From positions 652 through 64,651 of the forward strand of contig JAFSID010000078.1 of the NCBI GenBank assembly GCA_017439965.1: DNA of 64,000 nt, read 5' to 3'. Position 1 is the stretch's first letter, and every line of letters starts with the position of its first letter. The position numbers and the translations under genes were made by a program. Positions 28,191 to 38,015 of this stretch are shown in pieces. This stretch comes from Clostridia bacterium. GTDB taxonomy: Bacteria > Bacillota > Clostridia > Oscillospirales > SIG627. The notes under the pieces were generated by a model that worked only from the letters and a program-made list of their open reading frames with translations, was not told the DNA's origin and made no database searches.

Positions 28191-29927
28191 TTGTTTGCGG
28201 AGAAAAAAGTGAAAAAACTTTTGAAATACTTTTCTGATTATAAAAAAGAGGTCGTACTCGGTCCTGCCTTCAAGCTTCTTGAGGCGTTATTTGAGCTTTT
28301 TGTTCCTTTTGTGGTTGCTTATATTATAGATATAGCAATAAAGCATTCGGACAAAAAATCTGCTGTCATTTTGTCCGTAGCACTTGCGTTGCTTGGAATA
28401 ATAGGCTTTGTTTTTTCTGTAACTGCTCAGTATTTTGCCGCAAAGGCATCCGTAGGATTTGCTTCAAAGCTTAGATCTGCGCTCTTTTCACATATTCAAA
28501 AATTTTCCTTTGAGCAGCTTGACAGACTCGGTACCCCAACTCTCCTTACGCGTATGACGAGTGACGTCAATCAAATACAGACTGGAGTAAATCTTTCACT
28601 TCGTTTATTGTTGCGTTCACCGTTCGTTGTATTCGGCGCGGCAATTATGGCGCTCGTCATAAGCCCGAGAATATCTCTTATTTTTTTAGGTGTTATCGTA
28701 GCGCTTTCAATCGTTGTGTTCGGAATTATGCTTGTGACGATGCCTATGCATAAAAGCGTTCAGTCAAAGCTTGACGGTCTTACTCTTGCTTCCAAGGAAA
28801 ACCTTGTTGGCGTCAGGGTCATTCGCGCATTTTGTAAGGAAAAAAGCGAGAGAGATGATTTCGACCTTATGAACGAGGCTTTTGTTTCGGCTCAAAAGAG
28901 GATGGCAGGTGTTTCGTCTCTTACAGGCCCTATTACGCAGGTTATCGTCAATCTCGGCGTGATATTACTTGTGCATAAGGGGGCTATATCCGTTAACGTC
29001 GGCTTGTTGACTCAAGGCTCTCTTATCGCTTTGTATAACTATATGTCACAGATACTCGTTGAGCTTGTTAAGCTTGCAAATCTGATTGTTACTATTTCAA
29101 AATCGCTTGCTTGTGCTTCAAGAATTTCTTCAGTTCTCGATATATCTCCCGAAAACACACACGGCGACGAGACTCTGTCTTGTGACGGGGCAAGTGTCAG
29201 CTTCGAAAACGTATCCTTTAAGTATGAAGGAGCGTCGGAATATTCAATTTCCAACGTTTCATTTAATGCCGAGGCAGGACAAACCGTAGGTATTCTCGGA
29301 GGTACAGGTGACGGTAAATCAACCCTCGTAAATCTTATTCCGAGGTTTTATAACGCAACTGACGGAAGGATTCTTATAAACGGCATTGACGTTCAAGCGC
29401 TTTCTCCCGAATCTCTTCGTGATTCAGTCGGCTTTGTTTTTCAGCGTGCGACCTTGTTCTCGGGAACGGTTAGGGACAACCTTACTCTCGGAAACCCAAA
29501 TGCTACCGAAGAGGACTTGCTTGATGCACTCAAGCTTGCTCAGGCGTATGATTTCATTACTGAAAAGGGCGGTCTTGACGCTGTTGTTGAGCAAGAGGGA
29601 AGAAACTTTTCGGGTGGACAGAAGCAAAGGCTCACTATTGCCAGAGCGCTTGCTAAAAAGCCCAAAATACTGATTTTTGACGATTCTTCATCAGCGCTTG
29701 ATTATCTTACCGAGTCAAAATTGAGAAAGGCACTGTCATCACTTCCTTATTCTGCCACTCGCTTTATCGTATCCCAAAGAGCTTCTTCCGTTATGACAGC
29801 CGACCTTATCGTTGTTCTTGAGGACGGTGAGGTTGTCGGATGCGGTAATCATACGGAGCTTATGAAATCGTGTGATGCCTACCGTGAGATATATGAGTCT
29901 CAGTTCGGAAAGGAGGAGTCAAAATGA
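28191..29927 (+). CDS. ABC exporter, fused permease/ATPase (heterodimer partner 1)
   Basis: Six-TM N-terminal half, Walker A GGTGDGKST, signature FSGGQKQR. TTG start; GTG 28209 is an alternative. Confidence 0.85.
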   Translation: MFAEKKVKKLLKYFSDYKKEVVLGPAFKLLEALFELFVPFVVAYIIDIAIKHSDKKSAVILSVALALLGIIGFVFSVTAQYFAAKASVGFASKLRSALFSHIQKFSFEQLDRLGTPTLLTRMTSDVNQIQTGVNLSLRLLLRSPFVVFGAAIMALVISPRISLIFLGVIVALSIVVFGIMLVTMPMHKSVQSKLDGLTLASKENLVGVRVIRAFCKEKSERDDFDLMNEAFVSAQKRMAGVSSLTGPITQVIVNLGVILLVHKGAISVNVGLLTQGSLIALYNYMSQILVELVKLANLIVTISKSLACASRISSVLDISPENTHGDETLSCDGASVSFENVSFKYEGASEYSISNVSFNAEAGQTVGILGGTGDGKSTLVNLIPRFYNATDGRILINGIDVQALSPESLRDSVGFVFQRATLFSGTVRDNLTLGNPNATEEDLLDALKLAQAYDFITEKGGLDAVVEQEGRNFSGGQKQRLTIARALAKKPKILIFDDSSSALDYLTESKLRKALSSLPYSATRFIVSQRASSVMTADLIVVLEDGEVVGCGNHTELMKSCDAYREIYESQFGKEESK

Positions 29928-31666
29928 AGGATAAGAAAACCCTGCGTCTTGTGTTAAGCTACGTTTCAAGACACGGAATAGCTCTGTTCCTTTTGATTCT
30001 TTTCTCTTTAGCGTCCGCGCTTGCGACCTTGTTTATCCCGATTTTTGTCGGAGATGCGATTGACTCTATTATTGACGTTGGTGACGTTAATTTTGCACTT
30101 GTTAAGGATGCACTTGAAGTTATACTTTTACTTGCTTTGGCTGTCGGCGTTTCTCAATGGCTTACGAGCTTTATCGGAAACAGAATTACCTTTCTTGTTG
30201 TGCGCGATATCAGACGTGACGCCTTTAGCAAGCTTCAGGTGTTACCCCTTTCGTATCTCGACAGTCACAGACACGGCGATATAGTAAGCAGAATTATTTC
30301 GGATGCAGAGCAGTTTGCGGACGGTCTGCTTATGAGCTTTACACAGCTTTTTACGGGTGTTACCACCATCATCGGCACCTTCGTTTTTATGCTTTTGTTA
30401 AACGTTAAGATAACCGTTGCGGTTGTAGTGCTTACTCCTTTGTCGCTTCTGTTAACCTCGTTTATAACAAGGTTTACCTATTCGATGTTCAAGGAGCAAT
30501 CCGAGGCAAGAGCTGAAATTACCTCTAACGTTGACGAGCTTGTCGTTAACCAGAAGCTTGTACGCGGCTTCAATTACGAGGTCAGAGCCGAGGCAAAGTT
30601 TAATAAGTCTAACGACAGACTAACCAAGGCTTCTACAAGGGCAATATTCTACTCCTCGCTTGTCAATCCTTCGACTCGTGTAATTAATAATATTATTTAT
30701 GCCGTTGTTGCATTACTTGGAGCCTTGACCGTTATAGGCGGAGGAATGACGATAGGAGGGCTTACCTGCTTTTTGAGCTATGCAAGTCAGTTCGCAAAGC
30801 CGTTTAACGAGATTTCGGGGGTGTTCGGAGAATTACAGAATTCCCTTGCTTGCGCTTGCAGACTCTTTGAAATGATTCACGAAAAGGAAATTGAGGAAAA
30901 CGGCACTCTCGACACCTTCGTAACCGAAGGAAAGGTTGAATTTGATAAGGTCGATTTTTCCTACAATCCAAATAAACCGCTTATAACCGATTTGAGCCTT
31001 AAGGTAAATCCAGGTATGAGGGTAGCCATCGTAGGTCCTACGGGCTGCGGTAAAACCACTCTTATAAATCTTATAATGAGGTTTTACGACCTTAACGACG
31101 GCTCAATTTCCTTTGACGGCGTGGATATATCTACGCTTACAAGACAAAGCCTTCGTTCTAACATTGGAATGGTGCTTCAGGATACCTGGATCAAAAACGG
31201 TACAGTCCGCGAGAATATTTCACTCGGCAATGAAAATGCAACTCTTGACGAGGTAATTACCGCGGCAAAATCCGCTCACGCACATAATTTTATTAAAAGA
31301 TTGCCTCAAGGCTACGATACCGTTATCTCAAACGATTCGGGTGATTTATCTCAGGGTCAAAGACAGCTTTTATGTATCAGCCGTATTATGCTGACAAACC
31401 CCGATGTTTTGATACTCGACGAGGCTACCTCGTCAATTGATACCCGTACGGAAATGAAGATTCAGGATGCCTTCTCTAAGCTTATGAAGGGAAAAACAAG
31501 CTTTATCGTGGCGCACCGCTTATCTACCATCAAGGAGGCTGATTTGATACTTGTTATGCGTGACGGCTCGGTTATAGAGCAGGGAACACATAACGAGCTT
31601 ATCAATAAGGGTGGATTTTACGCCACGCTTTATAACAGTCAGATGCCGTTTAATGAAGAGGAATAG
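29924..31666 (+). CDS. ABC exporter, fused permease/ATPase (heterodimer partner 2)
   Basis: Walker A GPTGCGKTT, signature LSQGQRQL. Overlaps the upstream stop. Confidence 0.85.
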   Translation: MKDKKTLRLVLSYVSRHGIALFLLILFSLASALATLFIPIFVGDAIDSIIDVGDVNFALVKDALEVILLLALAVGVSQWLTSFIGNRITFLVVRDIRRDAFSKLQVLPLSYLDSHRHGDIVSRIISDAEQFADGLLMSFTQLFTGVTTIIGTFVFMLLLNVKITVAVVVLTPLSLLLTSFITRFTYSMFKEQSEARAEITSNVDELVVNQKLVRGFNYEVRAEAKFNKSNDRLTKASTRAIFYSSLVNPSTRVINNIIYAVVALLGALTVIGGGMTIGGLTCFLSYASQFAKPFNEISGVFGELQNSLACACRLFEMIHEKEIEENGTLDTFVTEGKVEFDKVDFSYNPNKPLITDLSLKVNPGMRVAIVGPTGCGKTTLINLIMRFYDLNDGSISFDGVDISTLTRQSLRSNIGMVLQDTWIKNGTVRENISLGNENATLDEVITAAKSAHAHNFIKRLPQGYDTVISNDSGDLSQGQRQLLCISRIMLTNPDVLILDEATSSIDTRTEMKIQDAFSKLMKGKTSFIVAHRLSTIKEADLILVMRDGSVIEQGTHNELINKGGFYATLYNSQMPFNEEE

Positions 31667-31669
31667 AAT

Positions 31670-31957
31670 ATGAAAAATCAATTCGACAGTGAGCTTTGTG
31701 AAATAGTCGGAGCTTTTTACGAAAAGTCTAAAATCGGAATAATTGACAACGATGCCTTATGCCTCGTTGCACGTTGGCAAAAATATCTTTCAAGGGAGCA
31801 TTATGAGTGTACCGACGAAATGCTTGAATGTCTTGCTAAAATGTATCCGTCCGATGAGTTTCGCAGTAACATCGACGTGTTCGGAGAAGGTACCGCTGAT
31901 TATATGAGCCGCGCGATATTTGAATATCTTGACCAAAAAAAGAGCTCCTCAAATTGA
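31670..31957 (+). CDS. Stand-alone TipAS-like antibiotic-recognition domain protein
   Basis: 95 aa. C-terminal FGEGTADYMSRAIFEYL resembles the TipAS domain. No MerR HTH is attached. Confidence 0.5.
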   Translation: MKNQFDSELCEIVGAFYEKSKIGIIDNDALCLVARWQKYLSREHYECTDEMLECLAKMYPSDEFRSNIDVFGEGTADYMSRAIFEYLDQKKSSSN

Positions 31958-31962
31958 GGAGC
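31944..31962 (-). terminator. Hairpin spanning the overlapping 3-prime ends of the TipAS-like gene and birA
   Basis: GCTCCTCAA-A-TTGAGGAGC, followed on the minus strand by TCTTTTTTT. Confidence 0.5.
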
Positions 31963-32728
31963 CCGAAAGCTTTACCGATACGTCGGAGGAGGTAATTGTT
32001 TCCGTTCTTCCGTCTGCGTGCTTTACTGTTAATCCGCAACGGTCGTCAATTCCCAAAACCCTGACCGTTTCGCCGTTTGGAAGAAGTACGTCTTTTCCCG
32101 TGAGATACGACCTTTCTCTGTACGTTTCTACAAAATCTGTGCTCGGCAAGTCCTTGTAGACCGATATTACCGAGGATATAATCTCCGCAGTGAATTTTTC
32201 TTTTGAGCCGAAGTCTGCTTCGCTTTTGAAAAGAGCATCTGCTATATTTGAGATTTCATCGGGAAAGCCGTTTTCGGACTTTACAAGATTTATTCCGATT
32301 CCTATTACAGCCCAATCGGTTTTTCCGTTTGAGTTGAAGGCGGATTCTGTCAGTATTCCGCAGACCTTTTTTGATTTGACGTATATATCGTTTACCCATT
32401 TGATTTGAGATTCGATTGAGTATTTGTCGAGAAGCGTGCTTATTCCTACGGCTACCGACGGAGTTATGAGGAAAGCGTCCTCAAAGCAAAAGCTCGGGCG
32501 CACTATTATGCTCAGATAAATCCCTGTGTCTTTAGGAGAATAAAAGCTCCTTCCGAGTCTCCCTCTGCCCGCAGTCTGTCTGTCGGCTGTGACAATCGTA
32601 AGCTCACTTGCGCCGTCTCTTGCAAGCGTTTTTGCAAACGTGTTCGTTGAATCTATTTCCTCAAAGCAATAAACCGTTGAGGAAAGCTTATGACCTTCAA
32701 GCTCTTTTTTTAATAGAGTTTTATCCAT
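31949..32728 (-). CDS. birA: Biotin--[acetyl-CoA-carboxylase] ligase (no N-terminal HTH)
   Basis: Biotin-binding loop QTAGRGRLGRSF. ATG 32728 (MDKTLLK) sits after GGAG. Confidence 0.85.
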   Translation of the reverse strand: MDKTLLKKELEGHKLSSTVYCFEEIDSTNTFAKTLARDGASELTIVTADRQTAGRGRLGRSFYSPKDTGIYLSIIVRPSFCFEDAFLITPSVAVGISTLLDKYSIESQIKWVNDIYVKSKKVCGILTESAFNSNGKTDWAVIGIGINLVKSENGFPDEISNIADALFKSEADFGSKEKFTAEIISSVISVYKDLPSTDFVETYRERSYLTGKDVLLPNGETVRVLGIDDRCGLTVKHADGRTETITSSDVSVKLSGSSI

Positions 32729-32741
32729 TTTAACTCCTTTT

Positions 32742-32942
32742 GTGAGGTGTAGTATGAAAAAGAAGAAATGTACCAACTGTGAATCGTGTATGAATTACGT
32801 ATGGGATGATGAAGCGGGAGAATCCGTCTGTATGGCTAATCTTGACGAGGATGAATATCTTCGCTTTCTTCAGTCCTCATACGATTCCTGCCCGTTTTAT
32901 CAGCATTACGACGAATATAAAATCGTTCAGCATCAGAACTGA
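32742..32942 (+). CDS. Small Cys-rich protein (resembles the clostridial DUF6472 family as I recall it)
   Basis: 66 aa with CTNCESC..C..C. The start may instead be ATG 32754. Confidence 0.5.
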   Translation: MRCSMKKKKCTNCESCMNYVWDDEAGESVCMANLDEDEYLRFLQSSYDSCPFYQHYDEYKIVQHQN

Positions 32943-32943
32943 T

Positions 32944-33411
32944 TCACCGTATTTTCTTTCCGTTGAGTATTGCCGAGACCAGCTTGTCTCCCACGTATTC
33001 AAGCTTTAACGAAAAGAATGGTTCGTTTGTTTCAAGTAATTCAAGAAAGATGTAATCTCCTTCCCATGCGGGCAGGGAATACATCTTTTCTTTTTTTACC
33101 CATTCAAGCACTCCTTCGTCGCATTCCTTTAAGTCTCCCTCAAAACTGCACGACTTAAACAGATGCATATATTCGGTTTCATATTCATCGGATACAAAGG
33201 TTACGATTCCTCGGTATGAAATATCCGTAAGCGTAAGTCCCGTTTCCTCAAAGGCTTCTCGGATAACACATTCCTCGGGAGATTCCTTGTCCTCAAATTT
33301 TCCGCCTATACCTATCCACTTATCTTTATTCATATCGTTTTCTTTTTTTATTCTGTGCAGCATAAGGTAGGAGGAATCCTTTTCGATATAACATAGGGTT
33401 GTATTTCGCAT
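32944..33411 (-). CDS. Nudix hydrolase, MutT/8-oxo-dGTPase-like
   Basis: Nudix box GGKFEDKESPEECVIREAFEETGL; 155 aa. Confidence 0.8.
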   Translation of the reverse strand: MRNTTLCYIEKDSSYLMLHRIKKENDMNKDKWIGIGGKFEDKESPEECVIREAFEETGLTLTDISYRGIVTFVSDEYETEYMHLFKSCSFEGDLKECDEGVLEWVKKEKMYSLPAWEGDYIFLELLETNEPFFSLKLEYVGDKLVSAILNGKKIR

Positions 33412-33424
33412 TTTTAATCTCCTT

Positions 33425-33460
33425 TACGAATAATCGTAATTTACACTTGACTAAATTACG
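33425..33460. promoter_or_regulatory. Two overlapping palindromes in the Nudix/dinB divergent region
   Basis: TACGA-ATAA-TCGTA (33425-33438) and CGTAATTTA-N8-TAAATTACG (33435-33460). The second spans the dinB -35. Confidence 0.4.
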
Positions 33461-33475
33461 AAAATGAGTTATAAT
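33447..33475 (+). promoter_or_regulatory. Sigma-A consensus promoter for dinB
   Basis: TTGACT, 17 nt, TATAAT. Confidence 0.55.
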
Positions 33476-33498
33476 AATTGCTGAGAAGAGGGATATAA

Positions 33499-34800
33499 AT
33501 GAATTTAAGAGACAAGAAAATAACTGACGATAAATATTACGACTCGTTACAGATAACGTCGGATAGGGTGGTGCTGCATTCTGACCTTAATAATTTTTTT
33601 GCATCGGTAGAAGCTCTTTATCAGCCGTCGCTGAAAAACGTTCCTATGGCGATTTGCGGTAACGAAAAGGAAAGGCACGGAATAATCCTTGCCAAAAACG
33701 ATTTGGCAAAGCGCTACGGAATAAAGACGGGAGAAACGGTAAAGAGTGCCCGTGAAAAGTGTCGGGAGCTTGTAACCTGTAACTCGCGGTATCCTGAATA
33801 CGTTGAGTATTCAAGGGCTGTAAGGAGCGTTTATTTACAGTACACACCTCGAGTTGAGCCATTTGGTATTGATGAGGCGTGGCTTGACGTTTCCGCATAT
33901 GCGGGACGCGGAAGAGGTCGTCTGTTTGAAAATGCAGAGGCGCTTGCCGATGAAATAAAGAGCAAGGTGTTTAAGGAAACGGGCTTGAAGGTGTCGGTTG
34001 GCGTAAGCTTCAATAAAGCCTTTTCAAAGCTCGCCTCTGATATGAAGCGTAAGAATATTCCGACAGTTATTTCTCCCGATAATTACGAGCTTATAATAGG
34101 CAAGATTCCCGCAAGGGATATGATTTACGTAGGACGGCAAACAAACGAGCTTCTAAAACAAAACCGTCTTTTTACCTTATCTGACGTTGCAAGGCATAAA
34201 CGTAGCTATCTCGGAGAGCTTTTTGGCAAAAAAGGTGAAAACGTATGGGATTTTGCCAGAGGTTATGATTTTTCTCCCGTCAGCGTATATACTGTAAAGG
34301 AGGACACGAAATCGGTATCAAACAGCCGTACTCTGCCGTATGACGTTACGACCGTAGAGGAGGGGGAAAGCGTATTGTTCTCACTTTGTGAGAGTGTTAT
34401 AGAACGAATCAGAGAAAGGCGTATGGGCTGCAGAACCGTGCGTATATATATCAGAACGTGTGACCTGAGTACGATGACGAGACAGTCGAAGCTTGAAAAA
34501 CATACGGATTCTCTTTTTGAGGTGTTTTCGGAGGTGTCGCGACTTTTTCGTGAGAATGCAAAATTTTCAAAATCCATAAGAAGTCTTGGCGTGGCTCTTG
34601 AGGACCTGGATAGTATGGCAATGTTTCAAATGAACGTTTTTGACAAGGAAAGAGATTTGAAAAGAGCTGAAATTGATATGATGCTTGATAAGCTGAAGGC
34701 TGTATACGGTGATAAGAGCATTTTCAGAGGAAGCTCACTTATGAAGAAGGAGCTTTCAGAGTTTAACAAAAAGCATCCTGCGTTCAATCACAATCTTTAA
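33499..34800 (+). CDS. dinB: Y-family DNA polymerase (Pol IV-like)
   Basis: DLNNFFASVE and GIDEAWLDV catalytic blocks; 433 aa. Confidence 0.85.
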   Translation: MNLRDKKITDDKYYDSLQITSDRVVLHSDLNNFFASVEALYQPSLKNVPMAICGNEKERHGIILAKNDLAKRYGIKTGETVKSAREKCRELVTCNSRYPEYVEYSRAVRSVYLQYTPRVEPFGIDEAWLDVSAYAGRGRGRLFENAEALADEIKSKVFKETGLKVSVGVSFNKAFSKLASDMKRKNIPTVISPDNYELIIGKIPARDMIYVGRQTNELLKQNRLFTLSDVARHKRSYLGELFGKKGENVWDFARGYDFSPVSVYTVKEDTKSVSNSRTLPYDVTTVEEGESVLFSLCESVIERIRERRMGCRTVRIYIRTCDLSTMTRQSKLEKHTDSLFEVFSEVSRLFRENAKFSKSIRSLGVALEDLDSMAMFQMNVFDKERDLKRAEIDMMLDKLKAVYGDKSIFRGSSLMKKELSEFNKKHPAFNHNL

Positions 34801-34847
34801 CGCTTCCATTTTATCATACATTTTTAAAAAAATAAATAGTTTAAAAG

Positions 34848-34874
34848 GAATTCGTGTTCACGAATTCTTTTTTT
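34848..34874 (+). terminator. Intrinsic terminator after dinB
   Basis: GAATTCGTG-TT-CACGAATTC followed by TTTTTTT. Confidence 0.75.
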
Positions 34875-34877
34875 GGG

Positions 34878-34905
34878 TCATAAAGGCTTTTGAAGAGCAT
34901 AAAAT
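34878..34905 (+). promoter_or_regulatory. Possible sigma-E type (mother-cell) promoter for spoIIIA
   Basis: TCATAAA, 13 nt, CATAAAAT, compared with the consensus kmATATT-N14-CATACAmT recalled for B. subtilis. Confidence 0.35.
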
Positions 34906-34924
34906 CAAGTAAAGGGGTGAGGAT

Positions 34925-35824
34925 GTGATAAAACGATTGAGCTCAATGCTGCCGATAAATATATCAGAGCTGATAGGACGGCTGGATAAGGCTCTTGTGG
35001 ATTCTATATGTGAAATAAGATTGAGAGAAAATGCTCCGCTATCGGTTTCAACCTATACTAAAAACTTGATGCTTGATAAAAGTGGGAATATATGCCGTGA
35101 TATATGTGATTCCGTTGTATGTACATCCAAGGACGTTGCGTATCTTGTTAACAGGCTCTGTGAGGGCTCTGTATACAGATATATGTCAACCTTAAATTCG
35201 GGATACATAGTAACTCCCGAGGGGATAAGAGCAGGAATATGCGGTGAATGTATATACGATGGCGCTCGAATATCTGCCGTAAGCCGTTTTACATCCGTTA
35301 ATCTGAGAATACCGCACGAAATCGATGGGGTGGGAGATAGCATTTGCAGGTATATGTCAAAAAAACCGCATGCCTCGGTTTTGCTGTGTTCACCTCCAGG
35401 ATACGGAAAAACGACAGCTATACGCTCAATTGCAAAAGGGATTGCAACGGGGCGTTTTGCTCCGCCGAGAAGAGTGGCGGTAATTGATGAGAGAGGAGAG
35501 ATATTACCGAAGGGCAGTGTCGGATTGATCGACAGGTTTTCGGGATATAGAAAAAGTGACGGTATAGAGATTGCGACAAGACTCTTTTCACCTGAGCTTA
35601 TAGTTTGTGATGAAATAGGGCACAGTGATGACGTTAATTCCTTGCTGGCTGTTCAAAATAACGGCGTACCGTTACTTGCAACAACACACGGAGAAAGCTT
35701 TGACGGAGTAATGCGGAGGCCTAATATAAAAAAGCTAATGGATTCATGTGTGTTCGATGCGGTTGGGTTTATTGAAAAAACGGACAGCGGAAGTAATATA
35801 AGAATCGAAGAGGTAAAAGCTTGA
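34925..35824 (+). CDS. spoIIIAA: Stage III sporulation protein AA (ATPase)
   Basis: Walker A SPPGYGKTT, Walker B LIVCDEIG. First gene of an eight-gene collinear spoIIIA cluster. Confidence 0.85.
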   Translation: MIKRLSSMLPINISELIGRLDKALVDSICEIRLRENAPLSVSTYTKNLMLDKSGNICRDICDSVVCTSKDVAYLVNRLCEGSVYRYMSTLNSGYIVTPEGIRAGICGECIYDGARISAVSRFTSVNLRIPHEIDGVGDSICRYMSKKPHASVLLCSPPGYGKTTAIRSIAKGIATGRFAPPRRVAVIDERGEILPKGSVGLIDRFSGYRKSDGIEIATRLFSPELIVCDEIGHSDDVNSLLAVQNNGVPLLATTHGESFDGVMRRPNIKKLMDSCVFDAVGFIEKTDSGSNIRIEEVKA

Positions 35825-36321
35825 AATATTTAGGTTTGATTTTTGTGTTTGCGTCGTGCAGCGGTGTAGGAATTGTAAAATCCCTTGAATATACAAGGTC
35901 ACGGGATGAGCTTTATGCCTTTATACTTTTTGTGCAATTTATAAAAAGAGAGGTAAGCTTCTTTTTGACTCGTCAGAAGGATATATTTATGAGATTTGAA
36001 AACAAAACTCTCGAGAAGCTTGGGTTCCTTGAGTCGCTGAGAAGTCGCGATATAGACGATGAAAAATCACCGCTTTATTATGTTTTGCACGACTTTGAAA
36101 ATCGCTTGTCTATATGTGATGAGGCAAAGAATATATTGTTTGAATTTGCGGATGGCTTTGGTCGGATTTCAACGGATGAACAATCGGAAAAATGTACGGC
36201 TGTTATTACCGCACTTGATGAAATATACAAAAAGACAAAGGAGGAAGCTTCATCGGGCGTAAAGCTTTGTCGTACCGTGGGATGTGTAGTCGGTGCGCTT
36301 GCGGTTTTGCTTTTGATGTAG
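35821..36321 (+). CDS. spoIIIAB: Stage III sporulation protein AB
   Basis: 166 aa, N-terminal TM helix, position in the operon. Confidence 0.75.
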   Translation: MKYLGLIFVFASCSGVGIVKSLEYTRSRDELYAFILFVQFIKREVSFFLTRQKDIFMRFENKTLEKLGFLESLRSRDIDDEKSPLYYVLHDFENRLSICDEAKNILFEFADGFGRISTDEQSEKCTAVITALDEIYKKTKEEASSGVKLCRTVGCVVGALAVLLLM

Positions 36322-36331
36322 AGGTGCTTTA

Positions 36332-36526
36332 ATGGACGTATCGTTGATATTGAAAATTGCGGGTATAGGAATACTCGTTTCGGTAGCCTGTCAGGTGCTT
36401 AGCCGTTCCGGAAGAGACGATCAGTCAACAATGGTGTCGATTGCAGGCGTTATAATAGTGCTTTTTATACTTGTTGGAGAAATGGGAACGCTCTTTGAGA
36501 CGGTACGAGAGGTTTTTGAGCTTTGA
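36332..36526 (+). CDS. spoIIIAC: Stage III sporulation protein AC
   Basis: 64 aa, two TM helices; ILKIAGIGILV..VL..SGR block. Confidence 0.8.
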   Translation: MDVSLILKIAGIGILVSVACQVLSRSGRDDQSTMVSIAGVIIVLFILVGEMGTLFETVREVFEL

Positions 36527-36906
36527 CATTCAATCTGTCGGAAATATTTGCGGGAGTTCTTATTTGCGTGCTCTGTCTGATTCCTATAAGGGAGCTGAAA
36601 AAAGAATACGCTCCGCTGATATCTACCGCACTGTCCGTATTGCTTTTCGGTATTGCCTTCAAACGAGGGCTTCCGCTTTTTCAATATATTAAAAGCATAG
36701 GGCAAGGTGAATCGGAAGCATATTTCGAGATAATATTCAAGTGCTTTGGAATTGCCGTATCAACAAATCTGATAACTGAAATTTGTTCGGACTTTGGTGT
36801 TGGAAGTGTTTCCGGGAAGGTGGAATTTATAGGGAAGCTCGCAATACTTATGACCTGCATTCCGCTTGTTGAGCGCTTGTTTTCGTTAGTAGAGGCGTTG
36901 CTATGA
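36523..36906 (+). CDS. spoIIIAD: Stage III sporulation protein AD
   Basis: 127-aa polytopic membrane protein, position in the operon. Confidence 0.75.
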   Translation: MTFNLSEIFAGVLICVLCLIPIRELKKEYAPLISTALSVLLFGIAFKRGLPLFQYIKSIGQGESEAYFEIIFKCFGIAVSTNLITEICSDFGVGSVSGKVEFIGKLAILMTCIPLVERLFSLVEALL

Positions 36907-38015
36907 GGTGGTTTGCGATAATTATGGTGTTTGTATGCCTTTTTGTAAATGCTTCTGCCGAAGGAATAATTGACAAGATGGAAGCCGAGCTCGGAGTCGA
37001 GGGAGTGGATGAAACTGTCCCCAAAAGCATTACCGAAAATGAAGTGCTTGAAGGGGTTGAATTGAACTATCGCGACGCTTCGTCGACGTTAAATATATTA
37101 AGTGTTTTTAAAAGCTTTTTGCGGTTATTGTTCAACGGGCTTGAATCATTGATTCCGTTTGCTCTTTCAGTTGTTGCGTTTTTGATAGTTGCAAGTGTAT
37201 ATAAGGCTTTTTCGTCAAGTATAAAGAGCAGTGCGTTGAATGAATGTATTGATATCTCCGTGCTTGTTTTTTTATTTACAATTCTGCATAAAGAAATAAT
37301 TCTATCCGTTGATACCGTTGTATCCTACGTTAACGAGCTTACTGGCTTTATGACATCGCTAATGCCTTTTTTTATAACCGTAATGTGTGCTCAAGGCTCT
37401 GTTGCCGAGGCTACGACGTCAGGCGCTTTCGTCGTTACCGTTATTGCTGTTATAGAAAAAGTCTGCACAAGCTTTGTGATTCCGTTTGTGAAGATTTTAT
37501 TCGTTGTCGGCTTTGCAGGAGTTATTTCTAAGCTGAATATTTCGTCGATAACAGATTTTTTTACTACCTTTGCCGTTAAGTGCTGTACTATATCAATGTC
37601 AGTTATTTCGGCAGTTTTATATTTTCAGCACGCTTTATCATCTTCTGCCGATTCTCTTGCTTTGAGGAGCGTGAAGCTGGCTGCAGGCAATTTTATACCT
37701 ATTGTAGGCAGTATGGTATCTGAGGCATCGGGCACTGTGATTGCAGGAGCGAGGCTTGTAAAGACATCCTTGGGAGTATTTGCATTTGCGGTGCTTCTGT
37801 ACGTTACCCTTATACCGATTGTATCCTTCTTGTGCAGAAAGATAGTTGTAAGATGCTTGATTTCATTATCCTCCTTGCTCGGTTGTGATGATGCGACGAA
37901 AATTATTAGTTCCGTATACGGCGTATACAATATTTTATCTGCATTAATGTTTTCATGCGGATGCTTTTTTATAATAGCGATAGGAATATTCGTAAAAAAC
38001 GGAGTTGCGCAATGA
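36903..38015 (+). CDS. spoIIIAE: Stage III sporulation protein AE
   Basis: 370 aa, signal sequence plus multiple TM helices, position in the operon. Confidence 0.8.
   Translation: MRWFAIIMVFVCLFVNASAEGIIDKMEAELGVEGVDETVPKSITENEVLEGVELNYRDASSTLNILSVFKSFLRLLFNGLESLIPFALSVVAFLIVASVYKAFSSSIKSSALNECIDISVLVFLFTILHKEIILSVDTVVSYVNELTGFMTSLMPFFITVMCAQGSVAEATTSGAFVVTVIAVIEKVCTSFVIPFVKILFVVGFAGVISKLNISSITDFFTTFAVKCCTISMSVISAVLYFQHALSSSADSLALRSVKLAAGNFIPIVGSMVSEASGTVIAGARLVKTSLGVFAFAVLLYVTLIPIVSFLCRKIVVRCLISLSSLLGCDDATKIISSVYGVYNILSALMFSCGCFFIIAIGIFVKNGVAQ

Noticed and set aside
33425-33438. Canonical LexA (Cheo) box upstream of dinB
   Set aside because: The half-sites are TACGA/TCGTA, not GAAC/GTTC. 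It is reported only as an unusual palindrome, not as an SOS box.
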